The notes below the pieces were generated by a model that had not been told where the DNA came from, searched no databases, and saw only the letters and a program-made list of their open reading frames with translations. A program made the translations under genes and the position numbers. A stretch of DNA of 14,719 nucleotides from positions 1 through 14,719 of the forward strand of contig JBGSVZ010000087.1 of assembly GCA_041752695.1 (NCBI GenBank), written 5' to 3'. Positions within the stretch are counted from its first letter, which is position 1; each line of letters opens with the position of its first letter. Below, piece by piece: positions 8,200-14,364 of this stretch. This stretch comes from Terrimicrobiaceae bacterium. GTDB lineage: Bacteria; Verrucomicrobiota; Verrucomicrobiia; Chthoniobacterales; Terrimicrobiaceae.

Positions 8200-9273
8200 A
8201 TGAAAAAACGCTACCGTTTAATCCGTCGTGGGCTCCGCGGCGGAACCTTTTACTGCGTCGATTCCAAAACCAAAAAACGCATCAGTCTCGGCAAGGCTTC
8301 CGAGGACGAGGCCCAGCAAATCATTGACGCGAAAAACCAAGCCGAACGCCAGCCGATGCTCAATTTGCAGATCGCCAAGGCGTACCTTTCCGGCACGGAC
8401 GCGGAAACCAGTTCGAGAACATGGGCCAAAGCCCTGGAATTTCACACCCTGTCCAAAAAGGACGGGAACAAAAAACGCTGGCTCACGGTCGCCAAGGATC
8501 AGGCCCTTGCCGACCTTCTGCCCAAGGTCATCATCGAAACACATGGGGACGATCTGCTGAAAGCCCTCCAAAAGGGAACGGTATCCACCAACATTTTTCT
8601 GAGGAGGCTCCACAACTTTTGCGTGGACATGAATTGGCTGGCTTGGCCGCTCTTGCCGAAACGCCAGTGGCCGGCGGTGCGTTTCCGCGAAAAGCGGGCC
8701 GTCACATGGGAGGAACACTGCCGGATCGTCGAGCGGGAGCGGAATCCCGAGAGGAAAGCCTTTTATCGATTGGCCTGGCACCTCGGCGCTTCTCAATCGG
8801 ATTTGGCCCTCCTCCAGGCCGAGGACGTGGACTGGCCCGCTCGGGTCATCAGTTTCTTTCGGATGAAGACCCGGTGGAGAAATCAGATGCCGCCGCAGAT
8901 CCGGTTTGGCAAGGAAGTCGAAGCTATCCTTCAGACCCTGCCCAAAGTCGGCCAACTGTTTCCGGGCCTCGCGAAGGTTCGGTGCGGCGACCGTGCCACG
9001 GAATTCAAACAGCGGTGCGATGGACTCGGTATAATTGGAATTTCCCTGCACTCCTACCGTTACGCGTGGGCGGAACGAGCCAAGACTGCCGGGTATCCAG
9101 AACGTTTTGCGCAAATGGCATTGGGCCACAACAGCAAGGCAGTTCACCGCGCCTACGCTCGAATGGCCCAAGTGACCCTGCCTCCGCTGGAAGAATACGA
9201 GCAGAAGATTGTGCCCTTCCAACCCAATCAGCCGATACCGGCAGAAACTCAAAATGCAGCAATGGGGGCTTGA
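8200..9273 (+). CDS. int: Tyrosine recombinase / integrase (atypical, Arg-I replaced by Ser)
   Basis: K223 (FRMKT), H284-x-x-R287 (SLHSYR), H310 (ALGHNS) and Y319. Box I reads LGASQSDL instead of TGxRxxEL. The N-terminus is basic and arm-binding-like (KKRISLG), and the gene is adjacent to a tRNA. Confidence 0.92.
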   Translation: MKKRYRLIRRGLRGGTFYCVDSKTKKRISLGKASEDEAQQIIDAKNQAERQPMLNLQIAKAYLSGTDAETSSRTWAKALEFHTLSKKDGNKKRWLTVAKDQALADLLPKVIIETHGDDLLKALQKGTVSTNIFLRRLHNFCVDMNWLAWPLLPKRQWPAVRFREKRAVTWEEHCRIVERERNPERKAFYRLAWHLGASQSDLALLQAEDVDWPARVISFFRMKTRWRNQMPPQIRFGKEVEAILQTLPKVGQLFPGLAKVRCGDRATEFKQRCDGLGIIGISLHSYRYAWAERAKTAGYPERFAQMALGHNSKAVHRAYARMAQVTLPPLEEYEQKIVPFQPNQPIPAETQNAAMGA

Positions 9274-9298
9274 ACGATGATACAAAGTAACATACATT
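9270..9298 (+). promoter_or_regulatory. Putative sigma70 promoter plus palindromic operator of the TA operon
   Basis: TTGAAC (9270-9275), a 17-bp spacer and TACATT (9293-9298). The spacer holds the imperfect palindrome ATGATAC-AAA-GTAACAT (9277-9293). Confidence 0.7.
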
Positions 9299-9303
9299 CA
9301 TCT

Positions 9304-9636
9304 TTGGAGTTCATCGAACATCCTCGTTTTACGGCCATCGTCACGGCGCTGGTTCACGACGAGGACTATCGGCGGTTCCAGAACGAACTGATTGAAAACC
9401 CGGAGAGAGGCGATGTCATCCAAGGAACAGGCGGATTTCGGAAGGCGCGAATGCGTCTGGCGGGAGGTGGAAAAAGCGGCGGAGCCCGCGTGATCTACCT
9501 CCACCTGCCCGAGCACGACGTGATCTTCCTGGGCACTCTCTACAAAAAATCGAAACGAGAAACTTTAACTGACAATGAAAAGCAAAACCTCAAACAAATC
9601 GCCCAAAGCATCAAAACCCATTTCAAGCTGGGATGA
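9304..9636 (+). CDS. higB: Type II TA toxin, RelE/HigB-2 family (ribosome-dependent mRNase)
   Basis: EFIEHPRF...LIENPERGDVIQGTGGFRKAR...GKSGGARVIY...IFLGTLYKKSKRETLT is the HigB2/RelE-type pattern. Start placed at TTG 9304; the track's in-frame ATG 9277 lies inside the predicted promoter. Confidence 0.9.
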   Translation: MEFIEHPRFTAIVTALVHDEDYRRFQNELIENPERGDVIQGTGGFRKARMRLAGGGKSGGARVIYLHLPEHDVIFLGTLYKKSKRETLTDNEKQNLKQIAQSIKTHFKLG

Positions 9637-9949
9637 TGTCGCTTTTGATCCTGCCGAATTCGTGCAGGACATGAAAGGCCTCGCCGAGCACTACGAGGGT
9701 GGCAAAAAATTGACGCTCCGAACTTTTACCGTGTCGAGGGTCGCTCCGAAATTCGCGCCCGAGGAAATCGTCGCGCTGCGCGAGAGCAGCAAATTGAGCC
9801 GGCCGCTTTTCGCGCAAATCCTCAATGTGCCACCTGTCACGGTTCGAAAATGGGAGTCCGGCGAACGCAAGCCATCGGGGGCCGCCCTGCGCCTTCTGGA
9901 AATCATGCAATTGCAACCGGAGACGCTTTTGCGGCTGGTGGGGATATAA
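9575..9949 (+). CDS. higA: Type II TA antitoxin, HigA-like XRE/HTH_3 protein
   Basis: C-terminal HTH EIVALRESSKLSRPLFAQILNVPPVTVRKWESGERKPSGAALRLL, in toxin-first gene order. Start is either 9575 (62-nt overlap with the toxin) or 9671. Confidence 0.87.
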   Translation: MKSKTSNKSPKASKPISSWDDVAFDPAEFVQDMKGLAEHYEGGKKLTLRTFTVSRVAPKFAPEEIVALRESSKLSRPLFAQILNVPPVTVRKWESGERKPSGAALRLLEIMQLQPETLLRLVGI

Positions 9950-9950
9950 T

Positions 9951-9995
9951 TACAAAGCGGCGCGCTTTCTTCTGGACGAGAAGAAAGCACGCCGC
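9951..9995 (-). terminator. Long hairpin / intrinsic terminator between convergent higA and xis-like genes
   Basis: 17-nt arms at 9957-9973 and 9979-9995 with a 5-nt loop. The single mismatch becomes a G-U wobble on the minus-strand RNA, where the stem is followed by UUUGUAAUU. Confidence 0.75.
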
Positions 9996-10004
9996 CGCGT
10001 GGGC

Positions 10005-10343
10005 TCAAGCCGCTGCTACAAATGTCGCCAAACGATTCCCGTCGGATTTTTTGCGAGCATTTTTCCCCTGCCAGTATCTGGCCAAAGCCCGCGTCGCCTG
10101 GGAAAGCCATTCTCTATCTTGGGCGGCAGCCTGAATATCGACTGAGGCAAAATATTTCGGCGCGTTGGGAGCCGGTTTTCCCAACGGATTGAGCAGTTTT
10201 GCCGCGATGAGAGGAGCAATGTCATGTTCTTGAAATCCCAAAATCACTGAGGCCTCCCCCGTGCTGAGCCGAGCCGGAAGGCGGCGGCAATTCATCAAGG
10301 AGAGAATGTCCTGGCTGCCGTTGAGTTTTTTCGTCGAAAACAT
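10005..10343 (-). CDS. Putative excisionase / recombination directionality factor-like winged-HTH protein
   Basis: RLSTGEASVILGFQEHDIAPLIAAKLLNPLG...APKYF resembles the HTH_17/MerR-like Xis pattern. Small, basic and close to the integrase. Confidence 0.6.
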   Translation of the reverse strand: MFSTKKLNGSQDILSLMNCRRLPARLSTGEASVILGFQEHDIAPLIAAKLLNPLGKPAPNAPKYFASVDIQAAAQDREWLSQATRALARYWQGKNARKKSDGNRLATFVAAA

Positions 10344-10423
10344 GGTCTTATGTTGGATTGGAGATTTCGGATGGAGGATCTGATCGGGGTCGGACCAACC
10401 AGATTCCTCGTCGGTGGTGCAGT

Positions 10424-10783
10424 TTAGCCGAGTTTGATTCCCTGATTGCGGATGAGGTTTTTCGCCTGGGTGACGAGAGCTTGCTCCTGCCGCTCGGGGT
10501 TCATGTTGGGGCTGATGGTGGCTTTGATGCTTTTTACGAGGTCAGCCTGTTCCGGCTTCTCCAACCAGGTTTTAACTTTGGCGGAATAGGTCTCTTTTTG
10601 TTCCTGGTCCTTCATTTTGCGGAGCAGAAACTTGCGTTCGAGTTGGTCCCGGGGCAGGTCCTTGACGTATTGCAGCAAGTCGGGTTCGGCCTTCATGAAG
10701 GCGTCCAGCTTGGCGTTGACTTCGGGGTTGATTTTGAACTGTTTGGCCAGTTCTTCTTTTTTCTTCGGTGATGCGATAGCCAT
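10424..10783 (-). CDS. Hypothetical protein (Lys-rich, predicted helical)
   Basis: 119-aa ORF with an ATG start, co-oriented with the transfer operon and protein-like in composition. No family recognised. Confidence 0.75.
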   Translation of the reverse strand: MAIASPKKKEELAKQFKINPEVNAKLDAFMKAEPDLLQYVKDLPRDQLERKFLLRKMKDQEQKETYSAKVKTWLEKPEQADLVKSIKATISPNMNPERQEQALVTQAKNLIRNQGIKLG

Positions 10784-10858
10784 AATTTTATGGTGGTTGT
10801 GCCCGGCGCTTTGGTTTCCGTAGCCGGGCGGGGACGGAGTTTTTTTCGGTGAAGGAGT

Positions 10859-11140
10859 TTAGGCTTTGCCGACGGCGGGTTTGAGAGCAGGGATTTTTTC
10901 GTCGTCCTCCTCTGCCAGGGCACTACCCCGGAATCCGCCGATCTGCTCCATGATGGATTTCAGAAACCGTTGGGCGATTTTGCGCGGGCTCAGTCGCTGG
11001 CTTTCGGCATTGAGCATGGTTTGCACGAGCTGGCTGGTCGGAACGCGGATCCCGGCATTTGCGACGATTTCGGAGGCCTCCTTGAAGATCGCAAAGGTAT
11101 CTTCATCGAGGGTGACGGTGACTGGTTTAGTTGTGTTCAT
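10859..11140 (-). CDS. Small ribbon-helix-helix-like protein
   Basis: Alternating hydrophobic strand PVTVTL followed by helices DEDTFAIFKEAS and TSQLVQTMLNAE. ATGA overlap with the upstream lipoprotein gene. Confidence 0.65.
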   Translation of the reverse strand: MNTTKPVTVTLDEDTFAIFKEASEIVANAGIRVPTSQLVQTMLNAESQRLSPRKIAQRFLKSIMEQIGGFRGSALAEEDDEKIPALKPAVGKA

Positions 11141-11907
11141 GGTGTGTGTTTGTTGAGAAAGGCGATTTCCCTGCGGCGGAGGAACGGGGCGTTGAGGGCG
11201 GAGGCCAGGTTGTGCTGCTCGGCTTTTGCCATGGCGGCAGCAAACTCATCGTTGAAACGCATCCGCGAGATGAGGAGCGCCTGGCTCTGGTCGTCGGAAT
11301 CGGCAGAGAGAGGAATATCACCCGATTCGGAAACGCCCTCTTCCCAAGCTGGGAGTTCGGGTTCGACGCTAGAAAACACATCCTCCTCTCGTTTCTCCGG
11401 CTCCGGTGCCTCAGGGGTTAGAGAAGGCCGCGGCGCCGGGATTTCATCGAGCTGCTTTTTCAAACGGTCAATTTCCTGTTCGAGGTTCGGAACCTTGTTT
11501 GCGTCCCGCTGCAAGGCTTCGATGCGGCTTTTCATCGCTCGATTCTGCTCCTGCAGGGCTTCCGCATACGCCTGCTGCCGGGCGCTTCCCCCACCCTCTG
11601 TTTTTGCGTGATAGGACGGCGAAGGATTGGAAGTCGGCGCGACGGGAGGATCGGGCAAATAGTTCCAGTCGGGCGATTGTTCCCGGCGATACACGGTGTG
11701 GCGTTCATGCATCTCCTCCGGGAAATTGGGATCGGTGTAGCGGCCTACCGAATATGCTTTGACCGTTTCCGGCGTACGCAAGGTGCGCATGGTTTTGCTC
11801 GGGATGGTCGTTCCGGGAACAATGGATGCAGATTCGGTTTTGATGGGCTTGCGGGTCGCGCAACCGGCACACAGGGCCAGAGCGAGGATGGGAATGAGGT
11901 GTTTCAT
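11137..11907 (-). CDS. Conjugative-transfer lipoprotein, TraV/VirB7-like, with a long C-terminal extension
   Basis: Lipoprotein signal ...LALALCAG|C16. LRTPETVKAYSVGRYTDP...MHERHTVYRREQSPDW parallels the TraV core pattern, and the gene directly follows virB10. Confidence 0.7.
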   Translation of the reverse strand: MKHLIPILALALCAGCATRKPIKTESASIVPGTTIPSKTMRTLRTPETVKAYSVGRYTDPNFPEEMHERHTVYRREQSPDWNYLPDPPVAPTSNPSPSYHAKTEGGGSARQQAYAEALQEQNRAMKSRIEALQRDANKVPNLEQEIDRLKKQLDEIPAPRPSLTPEAPEPEKREEDVFSSVEPELPAWEEGVSESGDIPLSADSDDQSQALLISRMRFNDEFAAAMAKAEQHNLASALNAPFLRRREIAFLNKHTP

Positions 11908-12890
11908 GGGTTTGTTTGGGTGGTGGCAACGCCGCTGGTGGCTTTGGCGATATCGACGGTTTGGGTGACGTAGAGGTAGAAGAGCGTTCCGGCCGGAACG
12001 CGGACGTAAAACGGGTCTTTTTCCAGGCCCTCCAAGAGGCGCTGGGAGTAAATTTGCCCTCCGGCCTCAATGCCGGCGGCGATAGCATCTTGATATCCGC
12101 CGCCCTGAACCTGGGTAACTCCGCCTGTCAGCGGCGAAATGATGTTTGTCATCTGCGGAAAAGCTCCGGCTCCCGCCGAAATCATGGCGGCGAGAACGGC
12201 CTTGGCTTCGGCGTATTTGTCGGAGGCGATCAAATAACCACGCAGCCCGGCGGACCCGTCCGTTTCGCTCCAAGCGTCTGGCTTGGCACCTTCCGGCGCG
12301 TAATCCAGCACCGTGCCGGAAAGAGGCAGTTCACGCCCGTCCTGAAAAACGAGCATCCATTTTCGTTCAGACCCAATGCGTTCGCGGGAGGCGCTCTTTT
12401 GGGCGATTCCGTGAACTTCCGTTCCAGCGGTCACAATCAAGCGACCATCGTGCCAGACATCCTCGGTGATGAGTCCAATGATGGGCGTCTCGATGTTGGT
12501 GGAATCCACCGTGTTGACCAGTTCACACCGGAGAAGCCGACCAAAGGGCAGATAGTTTTCACTGCGCGAAACCTCTTTGGTCGCGAAGATCGCCTGCGGA
12601 ATTGGTGGAGGAGGTTTGGGCGTTGATGTGGGGCGCGCGGGAGCGTTTTCCGCCAAAGCCGGGGGGTTAGGCTGCGAACGCGCTGGCGGCGTATCTGGAA
12701 TATCCTCGGTGAAGGTGTATCCCTTCGCGGTGGTCGCCTGTGCGGGAATGTCGGGATTGACCGGTTCGGTCGGACGCCGCCCTTTTCCAGAAAAGACGAA
12801 CGCGAGAAGAAGTCCGCCTGCCAGCAGGAAAAGAATGAGCCGGCCGGTTGGTTTTTGAAAAAGTTCGGTCCAGATTTTGCGAAGGTTCAT
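11904..12890 (-). CDS. virB10: TrbI/VirB10 family T4SS core protein
   Basis: N-terminal TM helix, Pro-rich linker, then LPFGRLLRCELVNTVDS...PIIGLITEDVW...LIVTAGTEVHG, LVFQDG, DGSAGLRG and the terminal YVRVPAGTLFYLYVTQ. Confidence 0.88.
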   Translation of the reverse strand: MNLRKIWTELFQKPTGRLILFLLAGGLLLAFVFSGKGRRPTEPVNPDIPAQATTAKGYTFTEDIPDTPPARSQPNPPALAENAPARPTSTPKPPPPIPQAIFATKEVSRSENYLPFGRLLRCELVNTVDSTNIETPIIGLITEDVWHDGRLIVTAGTEVHGIAQKSASRERIGSERKWMLVFQDGRELPLSGTVLDYAPEGAKPDAWSETDGSAGLRGYLIASDKYAEAKAVLAAMISAGAGAFPQMTNIISPLTGGVTQVQGGGYQDAIAAGIEAGGQIYSQRLLEGLEKDPFYVRVPAGTLFYLYVTQTVDIAKATSGVATTQTNP

Positions 12891-13726
12891 TTGAAGTCAG
12901 GAGTCAGGGTTGCGTGTTGGGAGTTGGCCCGGATCACGAGCACGTTCCACTTGTTGTCGGGGGCGAGATTGTTGCGGCCCCCCTGTCCATTGCCGGTGAC
13001 GGCAAAAAATGCGGGAGTGATGGATTTCGGCGGCATGACGCCAGAGGTGTCGGCCAACGATTGCGTGTAGATTCGGTCCTCCAGTCGCACGGCCAAATCC
13101 TGCGGGTTGAAGTAAATAGGCCGGTCAGTCGTGTTCTCTAATTTCACGCGAAAAATCAACGTGTCCTCCTGCTCGAACCGCCAGACATCCCGAATGCGGA
13201 CCGTGAACCCGTCGTAATAATTTGTGATGCCGGGAGAGGCATGAAGCACACCGGCCAGAGCATCGGGGTGATGGGCGGCAAAGAGCGGATACGCCTTGGC
13301 TTTGTCCATCAAGGAAAGCAGCCGTTCCGGCACGATGGCGGGACGCCCGCCGTCCTTTCCCTTCCGTTCGTCTTGATAGAACGTGACGTTGTAAAAAGGC
13401 TTTTCCGATGCGGTCAAACGCAGGACGTAAGCTTTGCGATCGAAAATCACTGTCAGGTGATCTTCCGCATCTTTTTTCAGCGCCCGGATGCTGAAATAGA
13501 AATTCCCGGGCGTGAACGAAATCAGAAACCCAGCGTTTTCCTGTTCCTGGGCCGCGACGGATTTTGCATAAAGGCCGGAGATTTCCGCCGGGAACATAAT
13601 TGTGGTTGTTCCCGACTTCGACGCGACAGGGATGTCGTAAATGACGAATTCGTCGAGGGGCTTTTGTGTGATCGGACCGGCGTAAGCCGTGGCCGCGATG
13701 AGCAATGAGAAGGTGAGGTATTTCAT
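12887..13726 (-). CDS. VirB9/TrbG/TraK(F)-like T4SS outer-membrane core protein
   Basis: Signal peptide (..AATAYA), then VIYDIPV...TTTIMFP, a beta-rich N-terminal domain, and C-terminal DTLIFRVKLENTTDRPIYF. Lies between the virB8-like gene and virB10. Confidence 0.7.
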   Translation of the reverse strand: MKYLTFSLLIAATAYAGPITQKPLDEFVIYDIPVASKSGTTTIMFPAEISGLYAKSVAAQEQENAGFLISFTPGNFYFSIRALKKDAEDHLTVIFDRKAYVLRLTASEKPFYNVTFYQDERKGKDGGRPAIVPERLLSLMDKAKAYPLFAAHHPDALAGVLHASPGITNYYDGFTVRIRDVWRFEQEDTLIFRVKLENTTDRPIYFNPQDLAVRLEDRIYTQSLADTSGVMPPKSITPAFFAVTGNGQGGRNNLAPDNKWNVLVIRANSQHATLTPDFK

Positions 13727-14355
13727 AGAGGTTTTTCGGTGTAGGTAAAATCCTGGACGACGAGTGGGAGGCGCCCATTGCCAAGGAGGTCGGGGTTACG
13801 GATGAAAAGGAATTCGATCTGGAATTTGACCGGTTCGCGGAATTCGAGGTTCTTCAGAGTGCCGGTGCGGATGAGATTTCCTTCTGCCCGGACGCTGACC
13901 GCTTCGTAGGATTTACCGGCGCCGTCATTGATTTTGCGGGTGTCGAGGATGTCGATTTTGGTTACTTCGACTTTTTGATGGATCTGCTTTTCCTTGAACT
14001 CGGCATTCTGCGCCTTGTAGAGCCCGGCGGCTTTTTTGCGGGCGGGATCCTCCAGGTAAACGCGCTTGAGTAAGTCCGACAGATCCGGGCCGATGGGATT
14101 GCGTTGGAGCAACGCCAGGCAGGCAAGCCGGACGTGGTAGGCATGAAGATTTCCGGCCTCCTCGAAACCAAGGAGGGGCGCATAGATGAGCGTACCGCCC
14201 GGATCGAGAATAACGACTTTCTCGTTCTGCTTCATGGCGCTGATGGTCAGATAGGGGGCGGCAACGGCGAAGCCGATGGAAAGGGCTGAAAGCCCCATCC
14301 AGAATCTGGCGGCAATCAGGTTATTGGTGATGGAAGTGACAGCGGATAGTTTCAT
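13723..14355 (-). CDS. VirB8/TraE(F)-like T4SS inner-membrane protein
   Basis: A single N-terminal TM helix followed by KVVILDPGG, an NTF2-like helix/strand pattern (VSVRAEGNLIR) and C-terminal RNP..NGRLPLVVQDF, reminiscent of the VirB8 NPxGxxVxxY/F motif. Confidence 0.65.
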   Translation of the reverse strand: MKLSAVTSITNNLIAARFWMGLSALSIGFAVAAPYLTISAMKQNEKVVILDPGGTLIYAPLLGFEEAGNLHAYHVRLACLALLQRNPIGPDLSDLLKRVYLEDPARKKAAGLYKAQNAEFKEKQIHQKVEVTKIDILDTRKINDGAGKSYEAVSVRAEGNLIRTGTLKNLEFREPVKFQIEFLFIRNPDLLGNGRLPLVVQDFTYTEKPL

Positions 14356-14364
14356 GGGAAATGA

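Noticed and set aside
8200..9273. Integrase as a pseudogene or dead enzyme
   Set aside because: The ORF is intact, the other catalytic residues are present, and the Ser / R-x-K arrangement has a functional precedent in IntDOT.
8218..9297. 359-aa antisense ORF and 289-aa alternative-frame ORF (8421..9290) over the integrase
   Set aside because: Both are explicable by the integrase's codon bias and neither shows a family motif. A real overlapping gene cannot be excluded without proteomics.
10784..10858. oriT at this intergenic hairpin
   Set aside because: No recognisable nic motif and no relaxase in the window, so it is kept only as an unexplained stem-loop.
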